From: a virus
Direction: 5' to 3' (one strand)
DNA: 64,000 bases
IMG/VR virus record: IMGVR_UViG_3300005573_000071
Span: 35,357-99,356 of that record
The notes beneath the pieces are model-generated. The model was given only the letters and a program-made list of their open reading frames with translations. It made no database searches and had not been told where the DNA came from. Below are positions 1 to 9,374 of this stretch, one piece after another (the stretch's first letter is position 1; each line of letters starts with the position of its first letter). Position numbers and translations under genes: made by a program.

Positions 1-324
1 GTGATGGTAAAGGCGGTCAGCAAGTTAGTAGTGGTGATGAATTGCTTGATCTTCTGCGTAGCATGTTCAACGACTTCTCAGACACACGTAGCAATAGAAC
101 CAACTCCAGTAGTACTCCCATCAATACCAGAACGGCCGCAACTGAGTACCGATATTAATTGGTTCAAAGATTCCGAAGGCAATTATTGTGTGACAGCAGA
201 AGACGCACGCCGCTTATACCTAAACATTCGATTGTTAAGGAATTACGCAGACGACTTAAACGATTTTGCTATTGCGGTTACAAGCATTTGTGGAGTAGAG
301 AAAAATGGCGATTCCCACAAATAA
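1..324 (+). CDS. outer-membrane lipoprotein, o-spanin-like
   Basis: Hydrophobic N-terminus ending in lipobox-like FCVAC, Pro-rich linker (PTPVVLPSIPERP), then a helical domain with two Cys; start may be uncertain at the window edge. Confidence 0.55.
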   Translation: MMVKAVSKLVVVMNCLIFCVACSTTSQTHVAIEPTPVVLPSIPERPQLSTDINWFKDSEGNYCVTAEDARRLYLNIRLLRNYADDLNDFAIAVTSICGVEKNGDSHK

Positions 325-694
325 GATACGGGAGATCCAACGACTGATTGCTGTACTTCGTACGAAACGAATCTCAAAGAGTGAAGCTGTATATATTCTC
401 GATGAGTTGGAATACGCTTTTCGCTCAATTGCCGAACAAAGAGAAGTTAAGCCTACAACGAGTACTTTTCAGGAGCTTGCCGACCAACTTAACGGTCTTG
501 TTGAGTCTCTTGTTTCTTTATCCAAGCAACCCGAGAATGAATCTGTCGTCACCAATATTGCAACTCAAGCAATAGTATTACTTGGGAAAAATAAGATGTC
601 TCTTGTTGATACTACACGTGATAAACAATTGTTAGAGCAGTTGGAGAAAAGCGATAGAACGAAACGACTGTTGGCTAGATTCGCACGACGTTAA
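305..694 (+). CDS. hypothetical helical protein
   Basis: 129-aa ORF overlapping the previous gene; no recognised motif. Confidence 0.6.
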   Translation: MAIPTNKIREIQRLIAVLRTKRISKSEAVYILDELEYAFRSIAEQREVKPTTSTFQELADQLNGLVESLVSLSKQPENESVVTNIATQAIVLLGKNKMSLVDTTRDKQLLEQLEKSDRTKRLLARFARR

Positions 695-749
695 CATAAC
701 AAACTACTATATAAAATATTTTTGTATACTTCTAGATTAGGAGGGAGGC

Positions 750-3653
750 GTGATAATATTATCAAGTTGGGAAGTATCTTCGTCTGAAATTCTTTTGCGA
801 AAAGGTATCTTCCATCCTTTTGGTCTGTTCTCTGAGCAAATCTTCGGACCTAGAAAAGATTATAGATGTCAGTGCGGCAAGTTACAAGGCTTAGATTACC
901 TTGGTAAGAGGTGTGATGAGTGTAACGTACTTGTCGCACCTTCACTACTTCGTCGATATACGATGTCTCATATTCATCTGCCTTTCTCTATTATTCATCC
1001 TATGGCTATTATCTATCTGATGCCTCCCAGCAAGACTAATCTTTTACGGAATGTTGGAGACACTAAGACATATCAGATTTTGGAGGATTATATTCAATCA
1101 AATCCTTCTAAGTTTGCACAGTTCCAACGTTCGTTTCCGCTCTACTTAGATAAGATACCTGTATTGCCACCTACACTACGTCCTGTTACTTTTACAGCGA
1201 GCAATAGAATAAAGGATTTAGATCGCTTGAACACTTACTATCTCAATATTCTTAACATTCTAGAAAAGTATATTGTGACGGATGACGAAGCGGTTGTTAA
1301 TTTTACGAAACTCTCGATTCTGAAGGTTGCAGTTTCTTTGTATAAGTTGATTATACAGAAATTGACAAAGAAGGAAGGGTTGATACGTCAAAGTATACTT
1401 GGTAAGCGTAATGACTTCACAGGGCGTTCTGTTATAACTGTCGATCCTACTTTGACGGCAGATACTGCGAAGATTCCTTACAGAATACTAGTATCGTTAT
1501 TCCAGCTATATGTTGTGAATGAGTTAGCTCAAACTCGAGGAATGCTTACGGCTAGAGAAGCTGTAGATTCGTTTATACGAAATCCGCAGCTCTTATCTCT
1601 ATCTGTCCGGGAAGAGATCAAAGAGATTGTTGACCGATTGTGCGCACAACACTTTATTCTTCTGAATAGACAGCCTACCTTACATCTATCTTCGATACGT
1701 GCATTCCGTCCTATAGGTACAGATGCTGACGCGATAGGCATACCTATGATTGTTACTCCGGGCTATAATGCGGATTTTGATGGTGACACAATGGCTGTGT
1801 ACGCACCCCTTACAAAAGCAGCATTGATGGAAGCATCGTATATGACGTTTGATCAGTATCCGTACGCACCTGGCTCACGTAGATTCAACGCTGTCACACA
1901 AGATATCGTTGTGGGATTGTGGTACGTTACAAAAGATGTTGTAAGTTCAAATGGTACAAGTGTTGTTGAAGTTACGAATGATGTCGTGTTAGAGGAATTA
2001 CATCCGCATACATCTGTCTTTTGGAGAGGCAAAACAACGACTGCGGGAAGAGCATATATAGAGAGTTTATTGGATATTCCTATTAGTAAGCAACTATCGA
2101 AGTCTGCAATTTCGGAGTTACTTACAAATTGGATTGCGAAAGCATCGTCTGACACAATTGTGCCTACACTATATAAACTACAACGATACGCATTGAAGTA
2201 TGCCGCGTGTGTCACTATCTCGATTGACGATCTGATCGAAGGAGATCTTACTTGGAAGCGTAAGTATGAACATGTTTCAAAGTGGTCTATACCTACAGTT
2301 AAAGCATTTAGTAGTGATGCGAAACACGCAGTAGAAACGTTATCACTGAGTGAGAATATCGCTCCATTGTTACAATCGGGTGCTAGAGGTAAGCTGTCAC
2401 AGTGGTCACAAGTTGTTGCGCTTAGAGGCCTTGTAAGAAATAGTTTAGGTAAGTTGATCTTGCCACCCATACTATCTTCTCTTGTTGAGGGTTATACGCC
2501 TTCTGAGATGATACGGTCTGCTGCAGGAAATAGAAAGGGCGCTGTCGATAAAGCATTAAATACTGCTGTATCAGGTTATCTAGCACGTAAACTAGTGTTC
2601 TCTCTACAACATCTTATGCTTGGAGATACAGACGATTGTGGTACGAATATCTATCTTCCTTTCTTAGTAACTCCTCAGAATTACAAATCAATTATTGGGC
2701 GATATTTAGATGACGGAACTTATGTTACATATGAGAACGTCTCTTCGCTCATAGATCAAGAAGTAAGATTAAGATCTCCTATTGGGTGTAAGTCTGTTGA
2801 TTTCTGCAAGAAGTGTTATCCGTATGATTGGGGGAGATCTAAGTTTGTAGGTATAATTAGTGCACAATGTATTTCCGAGGTTGCTACACAGTTAGTAATG
2901 CGTACGTTCCATTTAGGAGGTGCAGCTACAGATACTAAGTTTATGAGTCTACCCGCGTGTGTTGATATTACAGATGACGATATTGTTGTAACAAACCAAC
3001 CCGTAAGGATTGAGTTGCCTTCCAGTGTTCCTGTTGATCCTGCGGGATACGTGATCGAAGAGTTTGACGTCAAGCTACATACAGATACGGACATCTCTGT
3101 GATAACGATTTCGGAAGGCACACGATGGCTGCTAGACACAGACAAAGATATGTTACCTCCTCAAACTCCTCTCTTTGTTATCTCTGTTAAGACAACAGAT
3201 CTAGCTACCGATCTTTCACACGTATCTAGACTTCTCAATAGCACATATATGACTACACTAGGTGACGCTCTGAACCAACTTACGAAGTTAGAAGAGACGT
3301 ATGCTAGATATCAGCAGCTCTTATCTATTCATTTTGAAGTTTTGTGGAGTGAACGGTTGCGGGATGTAACTAGAACGGATCAAGCCCTACGCTTCTCTCT
3401 TACGGATTTTGCTGTAGACAAACAGGTAAGACTAGAGAGCGTAGCAAATCTACCACACCAACGTTTGTTATTGAGTTTGTGTTTTGAGAACTTTAGAAAA
3501 TTCTTTACTTGTATGTTATCGTCGCAAGGTGGGAGTAAGATTTCTCCGCTGGAATATCTAATTCAGTCGAATCTAAGAGGACTTCAAGAGGATTTTGGGG
3601 CAGATGTAGTTGAAGAAAGTAAAGTAAGTATGTCACGAGAGGCAAGTGTATGA
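750..3653 (+). CDS. rpoC: phage multisubunit DNA-directed RNA polymerase beta' subunit
   Basis: GLFSEQIFGP-CQC..CDEC Zn site, IPVLPP, LGKRNDFTGRSVI, LLNRQPTLH, catalytic NADFDGD, bridge helix RKGAVDKALNTAVSGYLARKL, trigger loop TQLVMRTFHLGG; GGAGG RBS. Confidence 0.97.
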   Translation: MIILSSWEVSSSEILLRKGIFHPFGLFSEQIFGPRKDYRCQCGKLQGLDYLGKRCDECNVLVAPSLLRRYTMSHIHLPFSIIHPMAIIYLMPPSKTNLLRNVGDTKTYQILEDYIQSNPSKFAQFQRSFPLYLDKIPVLPPTLRPVTFTASNRIKDLDRLNTYYLNILNILEKYIVTDDEAVVNFTKLSILKVAVSLYKLIIQKLTKKEGLIRQSILGKRNDFTGRSVITVDPTLTADTAKIPYRILVSLFQLYVVNELAQTRGMLTAREAVDSFIRNPQLLSLSVREEIKEIVDRLCAQHFILLNRQPTLHLSSIRAFRPIGTDADAIGIPMIVTPGYNADFDGDTMAVYAPLTKAALMEASYMTFDQYPYAPGSRRFNAVTQDIVVGLWYVTKDVVSSNGTSVVEVTNDVVLEELHPHTSVFWRGKTTTAGRAYIESLLDIPISKQLSKSAISELLTNWIAKASSDTIVPTLYKLQRYALKYAACVTISIDDLIEGDLTWKRKYEHVSKWSIPTVKAFSSDAKHAVETLSLSENIAPLLQSGARGKLSQWSQVVALRGLVRNSLGKLILPPILSSLVEGYTPSEMIRSAAGNRKGAVDKALNTAVSGYLARKLVFSLQHLMLGDTDDCGTNIYLPFLVTPQNYKSIIGRYLDDGTYVTYENVSSLIDQEVRLRSPIGCKSVDFCKKCYPYDWGRSKFVGIISAQCISEVATQLVMRTFHLGGAATDTKFMSLPACVDITDDDIVVTNQPVRIELPSSVPVDPAGYVIEEFDVKLHTDTDISVITISEGTRWLLDTDKDMLPPQTPLFVISVKTTDLATDLSHVSRLLNSTYMTTLGDALNQLTKLEETYARYQQLLSIHFEVLWSERLRDVTRTDQALRFSLTDFAVDKQVRLESVANLPHQRLLLSLCFENFRKFFTCMLSSQGGSKISPLEYLIQSNLRGLQEDFGADVVEESKVSMSREASV

Positions 3654-4837
3654 ATGTATTAGAATGGCGAAAAGATGAAGTATCGGTTTGTTTAAGCTCT
3701 TTCTTACCACGTATTCTGGAGTGGTTTGCAGATAGTTGTAAGGATAAGTTGAAGACGTGGAAGTTGCGTCCAATTTCTGTACAGCATTCTACATACGGAT
3801 TTCATTTTACTAATGTAGTACTTGTTGTGTGCGAAACTGAGAACTCTCAACAATTCTCGTTTAAGTTACCTATACCTAATGAGGATGATGTTTTCATTGT
3901 TAATGATATAGCATGGATATTAGTGAATGAGTTAACCGATCAGTTAGTATCCTATCGTTATATTCCTGAGGATAAATTGTTGATCAGATGGCAGGGTTCA
4001 TTGTTTGCGGTTGTCGGAGATGAAAATGGTATACTGAGGATTAAAGACGAGAAAGTTCCTTTTTGGGTTCTACTCTACAATATCTTTACGAAAGATGAGC
4101 TCATTCAGAACGGACTGTATTTTGAGTTTGTGGATACTGAAAAGGTTGATTCGAAGTTCGCACGTTCTTTAGTATCTCAACCAAATTTGAGTGTGAAGTT
4201 GCCTACCCGCTACGAGTTTCTTACACCAATTCAACAGTTAGTGGTAAACTCGATGGTTCGGACACCTATTAAAGCGAAAGCGAAACTAAAGCAAGTTCCT
4301 AAACTGAATACAGACGTAGTTGAGTTTATTGAGCGGGAGTTGTTGGATCCTATTACGAGAGAGATTTACAATGTACGGACTGTGAAAGATCTACTTTATT
4401 TTACTATAAATGTGACGGAAGGAAAGCCGAAGACGACATTAACAGGTAGTAACTTGTACTTCAAGCGTGTAAGATCTTATGAGACGATAATGATAGCTCT
4501 TTATGAGAAATTGAGGGAGAACCAACAACAGCAGAAATATCAAAAGAAAGTCAAGATTGCTTCCGACTTTCTTTTGAAACGGCTCTTCACTTCACCTCAA
4601 CTTCAACGTCTCTTTGAGTACTTTGACCAAACGAATATGTTTAAGGAGATATCTCTACGATATAAGGTTGTTGTTCCTCTTGAGTACATTCCATACGATA
4701 TGCGAGATGTACACTATACTATGAGTAGTAACGTTTGTGTATATGATACTCCTGACGATGAGGGAATTGGTGCTAAGTTACAGTTTGCTGTTGATTGTGA
4801 GTTACAGCGTAATGGTATTTTTGTATTGAAGAATTAG
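3650..4837 (+). CDS. rpoB: RNA polymerase beta subunit, N-terminal part
   Basis: C-terminal FDQTNMFKEIS...MRDVHYT..NVCVYDTPDDEGIG matches bacterial beta FMDQTNPL..VRDVHPTH..CPIETPEGPNIG; overlaps the beta' stop (ATGA). Confidence 0.85.
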   Translation: MNVLEWRKDEVSVCLSSFLPRILEWFADSCKDKLKTWKLRPISVQHSTYGFHFTNVVLVVCETENSQQFSFKLPIPNEDDVFIVNDIAWILVNELTDQLVSYRYIPEDKLLIRWQGSLFAVVGDENGILRIKDEKVPFWVLLYNIFTKDELIQNGLYFEFVDTEKVDSKFARSLVSQPNLSVKLPTRYEFLTPIQQLVVNSMVRTPIKAKAKLKQVPKLNTDVVEFIERELLDPITREIYNVRTVKDLLYFTINVTEGKPKTTLTGSNLYFKRVRSYETIMIALYEKLRENQQQQKYQKKVKIASDFLLKRLFTSPQLQRLFEYFDQTNMFKEISLRYKVVVPLEYIPYDMRDVHYTMSSNVCVYDTPDDEGIGAKLQFAVDCELQRNGIFVLKN

Positions 4838-4851
4838 AGGGAGGTGAAGGT

Positions 4852-6615
4852 GTGATAATGAAGTCGGTATTGAGTAGCGCGTTAAGTTGTGTGCCGTTTT
4901 GTGCGCATGATGATGGTAATAGACTACAGATGGCAGCTAACTTCTTACGACAGAGCTTAGTTTTAGTGAATCCGCAACTTCCATACATAAGTACGTCTTA
5001 TTTACAAGAAGTTACAAAACTTACTACTTTTCTGAAGCAGGCAGCTGAAGATATACAGATCTTATATCGTAATGAAGAAATTGTTGTGTATAAATCATTG
5101 ACCACAGGTAAAGTCTATTTATATAGGATACCGTCCTCACTTTGGTCTGTATCTGTACAAGACACTGTTAAGGAAGGAGAGGTATTTGCACAACACACTG
5201 CCGTAAAGTTTGGTAGATATTGTGCTGGAGCGAACCTGAAAGTTGTATTCGCTCCTTACGAAGGTTGGAACTATGAAGACGCTATTGTTGTGAGCGAAAG
5301 TGGTGCTCAGAAACTAACAAGTCAGTATGTTAAGTCTTTCGAGTTGATATTAGAACCTAACGAAGTTCTTATGAAGTATCCTATAGTTGGAAGATTCTAT
5401 AAGAAAGGTGAGATACTATTCGAGTGGACGAGTGCTCCTAAGAATCCGATCAATGTTCTTTGCACCTCTGTAGATAAACGAAGAATTTTCGCGGATGCAG
5501 ACTTAGTTATCGAGCGGGTGTCTACGTATTATAAAAGTGAGAAGTATTTGGATTTGCATAAATCATCTCCGACAGTTCTTAAGTGGATAAAAGAGCATAA
5601 CAAGCCGAAAGCTGTCAAGACTTTGTTATCGTCTATCGATCCATCAATTGCTAAAGTTACTCCATTATACTTTCCTGAGAGCTACGAGTTAGTAGGCAAT
5701 CAAGACGCAATAGTTATAGTGGCACAAGCAAAAATAGTTCGTTCATTTTGTGTAGGGGATAAACTAGGTAATAGACACGGTAATAAGGGAGTTTGCTCTA
5801 TAATTGTACCAGATCGTTATGTAACAAGTAAAGATGGTTGGGTTCCAGATCTAGTTCTAAATCCATTAGGCGTTATCTCTCGTATGAATATTGGACAGAT
5901 CTTCGAGATGCATCTAGGAGAGGTATGTAGAGTTGTAGAAGAAAGAGTACGAGAGTTAGTAGAGTTTGAGAAATACGACGAAGCATTCAAGCTCTTACAG
6001 TCAATCGAGAAGATCACAAAAGGGACAATTCCATATCTACACTTGAAACTATCTGTGAAGGAACGATTGGCTCTACTACTTGAATTTGGTTTCACATTAG
6101 AGTTACCACTATACACACGTTCACCAAAAGAGATGATACGAAAATGTATGAAGCTGCTTGGAGTATCTCCTACTAAAGTATGGCGAATGGGTGCACTTGA
6201 GAGAGATTTTGGTTATGGTACTATGTATTTCATGTCGTTGGTACATACAGTGGAGTCAAAGTTTAGTACTCGTGCAGACGGACCGTATCATATTAAGACA
6301 TTACAGCCGTGTGATGACGAGTGTCATAGTTCTGGCCAACGATTAGGAGAAATGGAGATTTGGAACTTACTTGCATACGGAGCTATACATAATGTTGTCG
6401 AAACATTAGGATTCAAAGCGGATGATATAATTGCAAAAGAGAATATGATTTCACACTGTTTGAAAGTAGGTGAGCCACCCGTAGCTCCCGACTCGGTCTA
6501 TACAAACCACTCTTTATATTTGTATCTATACGCTCTTGGCGTAAACGTAGGAGGAGTATCCGTTTTATCTGATACGGATGTTGCACAGAAATGTCTTGAG
6601 TGGGGAGATTTGTAG
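4852..6615 (+). CDS. rpoB: RNA polymerase beta subunit, C-terminal part
   Basis: VPFCAHDDGNRLQMAANFLRQ, GWNYEDAIVVSE, GDKLGNRHGNKGV, NPLGVISRMNIGQ, GQRLGEMEIWNLLAYGA; own RBS. Confidence 0.96.
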   Translation: MIMKSVLSSALSCVPFCAHDDGNRLQMAANFLRQSLVLVNPQLPYISTSYLQEVTKLTTFLKQAAEDIQILYRNEEIVVYKSLTTGKVYLYRIPSSLWSVSVQDTVKEGEVFAQHTAVKFGRYCAGANLKVVFAPYEGWNYEDAIVVSESGAQKLTSQYVKSFELILEPNEVLMKYPIVGRFYKKGEILFEWTSAPKNPINVLCTSVDKRRIFADADLVIERVSTYYKSEKYLDLHKSSPTVLKWIKEHNKPKAVKTLLSSIDPSIAKVTPLYFPESYELVGNQDAIVIVAQAKIVRSFCVGDKLGNRHGNKGVCSIIVPDRYVTSKDGWVPDLVLNPLGVISRMNIGQIFEMHLGEVCRVVEERVRELVEFEKYDEAFKLLQSIEKITKGTIPYLHLKLSVKERLALLLEFGFTLELPLYTRSPKEMIRKCMKLLGVSPTKVWRMGALERDFGYGTMYFMSLVHTVESKFSTRADGPYHIKTLQPCDDECHSSGQRLGEMEIWNLLAYGAIHNVVETLGFKADDIIAKENMISHCLKVGEPPVAPDSVYTNHSLYLYLYALGVNVGGVSVLSDTDVAQKCLEWGDL

Positions 6616-6617
6616 CA

Positions 6618-7727
6618 ATGGCTTCCGGATTTGAGATAACCGGATATACAAAGAACGGCAATCCTATTTTGCTTACAAACAGAGTTATGAGTCTGATGAT
6701 CTTGAAGTCATCTGACTTAATCTCTCCTACTTTTGTGTTTACTTTTAAGCTTGATGACGATTTGCAGATTTCTCGAGACTTCTTTATGCTCAAAGAGATA
6801 GAGATTTTTTGGACGATTCCAAAGAGTCTCTCTTTTGCAGAGAAAGATGAGTTCGTAACTGCAAAGTTATATGTTGCGGACGTCTCATCTCAATCTGTAG
6901 GGATGCTTACAAGTACGGATACAGATACTAAACGTAGTGATGAAAGTACTCCTAGATATCTAGATGCAAATGTTACTTGTTATTTGCAAGACTCGTTAAT
7001 AGCGAAAGAGAGTATATCTTTGTTTAGTGAGCAAGTTAGTACGGAGAAATTGCTACGAGATATTGTGAAACGACCAAAGTATATCTCTCCTCCCGTAGTG
7101 CCTACGCTGAAGAATGTTTTCATCCCTAGTGTAGATAGATTACAAGCACTTTCGTATGTCGTATGTACATATGGTGTTTACGATACACCTGTTTTTGCGT
7201 CTTACGATATAGACGGCTTTTATCTGTATTCTTTGAAGGATACAGCACCTCCTAAACTTAAATTAGCGTATTTACCAAATCCTAACACTTCTAGAATTCC
7301 TCAAGATAGTATTATTGTGCAGTATGCGCAAGCATCTTACTCTGCAGCATCTCGCTCGTTTTATGCTCCTGCGTTTATACCTACCGTTGATTATGCGCAT
7401 AACGTTCTCTATGCAACAAAAGATCTAAGGTATCAACAACAACATTTACACGATTCGTTGATTGGATCAAGAGAGTTCGGTTCATCCTCCAACCTAAAGC
7501 ATCTCTATGACGAACTATTTCTAGAAGGATGTACATTAGTCACACGAACAGAATTTATGATAGATCCTCGAGTGTTAGTGTTGGGCACGAAAGTTGAGTT
7601 CTTTACGGACGAGACACGATTTGTACATCTACAAGGTACTTATACATTGACAACTGTTACTTATTCTTTATTATTATCTGGACGGCCTAGAGCTAGAGTA
7701 GAGATGAAGTTAAATAGACAGGAGTAG
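6618..7727 (+). CDS. putative baseplate hub protein (gp27/late-control-D like)
   Basis: About 370 aa, beta-rich, C-terminal LQGTYTLTTVTY..RVEMKL pattern typical of hub proteins; virion-gene context; start taken at ATG 6618. Confidence 0.45.
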   Translation: MASGFEITGYTKNGNPILLTNRVMSLMILKSSDLISPTFVFTFKLDDDLQISRDFFMLKEIEIFWTIPKSLSFAEKDEFVTAKLYVADVSSQSVGMLTSTDTDTKRSDESTPRYLDANVTCYLQDSLIAKESISLFSEQVSTEKLLRDIVKRPKYISPPVVPTLKNVFIPSVDRLQALSYVVCTYGVYDTPVFASYDIDGFYLYSLKDTAPPKLKLAYLPNPNTSRIPQDSIIVQYAQASYSAASRSFYAPAFIPTVDYAHNVLYATKDLRYQQQHLHDSLIGSREFGSSSNLKHLYDELFLEGCTLVTRTEFMIDPRVLVLGTKVEFFTDETRFVHLQGTYTLTTVTYSLLLSGRPRARVEMKLNRQE

Positions 7728-7733
7728 TAGTAG

Positions 7734-9374
7734 ATGCAAATTAAGAATGAGTATATCGTCGAATATCTAAAGTGCAAGAATGATCCCGTATACTTCATAA
7801 CACATTATTGCCGGGATTACACTTTGCCCGATAAACCTATTATCTCGAATTTGTATCCCAAACAACTAGAGATACTAGAAAAGTTTCTCAAAGATCATCG
7901 TGTTATACTATTGGGCTCTAGACAGGTAGGTAAGACAGTTTTGATTGTGTTTTTATGTTGTTGGTTATTATTATTCTTTCCTAATTATACAATAGCTGTT
8001 CTGTCTAGAAAGCAAGAGCATACGAATACGCTTGTTAAAGAGATTAGACTTGCTTTGGAAGCTCTACGTCCACCTTTTACTATTGATTTTAGTAATAAGG
8101 AACACGTTGTAAAGAAGATTGAGTCGTATATTGAACTTGCTAACGGTTCGAATGTAATTGCTATCTCAGTTCCAAAAGAGAATCCTGAAGAGGCTGGTAG
8201 AGGATTGAGAGCAGGCTTTATCTTTATAGACGAAGCTGCACATATCGTAAACTTAAAGAGAATCTTATCTGGTTTAACATATACTACAAATCGAATGTTT
8301 CTTAGGTACGAGCAAACCTCAGTACCGTACGGAATTGTAATCGGTAGCACGCCAAATAGAATGACGGGTGTAGGAGAAGTCTTCTTCCGAATGTGGCTAG
8401 AAGCTTCGAACGGTACTTCGAATTACGTACCCGTACGATTTCATTGGAAGGATGTTCCAGATTACAACGACGATTGGTACAAAGCAGTTACAAAAGATAA
8501 AGATCCTAGGGAAGTTGCTCAAGAATTGGATCTTATCTTCTTAGGCGATGAGTCGAGTTTCTTTCCAGATGATATTTTGATCAAACTGCAGCAAATTGAA
8601 GCCGTTGATCCTGCAGAAGAAGTTCTCGTTGATGGCTTTCCTATTATTTTGTATGAACCTCGATCGACTATAAACCGCGATGAGATTTATGTAGTTGGTG
8701 TTGATACCGCAACACGTACTGGAGACTCAAAGAGTGCTATTTATGTTATCAGATATTCAGACAAACAAATTGTTGCCGAGTTTGTGCATAAATGTTCGAC
8801 TACTACGTTGTGTAGAGCCGTAGAGAGACTTGCGCAGATATATAGAAGGTGTGCGATAATTGTAGAGTCAAATGGTGTCGGAAATCAAGTTGTGGAGTAT
8901 TGTTTAGAACACGAGTTTCTAAAACAACGTTTATTCTATACAAAGATCCGAAAAGGGAAGAAGGTAGAGACTCATTATGGTTGGGTCAACTCTACTAATG
9001 TAAGAGATCAGGTATTGAGTTGCATATATTCTTATGTATCAGATAACGTAGATACTCTCAGATCTTCTGTCTTAAGCCGTCAGCTAATGACTTTACGAAA
9101 TCGTGGGGGAAAGATTGTGGGTTCTCCAGATGATGCCGTTTTTGCGTTGGGAATGACTCTTTGGGCAACAAAGTATGCATCCGATACAATATTACGTTTA
9201 GTTGGCGATGAAAGTAAGATAACTACACCATTAGGTGGTGTAGAAGAACTATTTGCATATAGATATAGTAAAGGTGAAGATGAGATGATTACTACTACGA
9301 AAGACGAACGTCCGAGTGTAGATTTACTTGATGCTTTCTTTGAGAGTTTCACAGGAAGTAGGGAGATCCCATAA
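7734..9374 (+). CDS. terL: terminase large subunit (T4 gp17-like)
   Basis: EYLKCKNDPVYFI start, Walker A SRQVGKT, Walker B FIFIDEAA, STPN, nuclease VGVDTA and DDAVFA. Confidence 0.95.
   Translation: MQIKNEYIVEYLKCKNDPVYFITHYCRDYTLPDKPIISNLYPKQLEILEKFLKDHRVILLGSRQVGKTVLIVFLCCWLLLFFPNYTIAVLSRKQEHTNTLVKEIRLALEALRPPFTIDFSNKEHVVKKIESYIELANGSNVIAISVPKENPEEAGRGLRAGFIFIDEAAHIVNLKRILSGLTYTTNRMFLRYEQTSVPYGIVIGSTPNRMTGVGEVFFRMWLEASNGTSNYVPVRFHWKDVPDYNDDWYKAVTKDKDPREVAQELDLIFLGDESSFFPDDILIKLQQIEAVDPAEEVLVDGFPIILYEPRSTINRDEIYVVGVDTATRTGDSKSAIYVIRYSDKQIVAEFVHKCSTTTLCRAVERLAQIYRRCAIIVESNGVGNQVVEYCLEHEFLKQRLFYTKIRKGKKVETHYGWVNSTNVRDQVLSCIYSYVSDNVDTLRSSVLSRQLMTLRNRGGKIVGSPDDAVFALGMTLWATKYASDTILRLVGDESKITTPLGGVEELFAYRYSKGEDEMITTTKDERPSVDLLDAFFESFTGSREIP

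Noticed and set aside
750-6615. Host rpoBC operon or bacterial chromosome
   Set aside because: Subunits are shortened, highly diverged, in reversed order and embedded among virion genes, with no ribosomal protein genes
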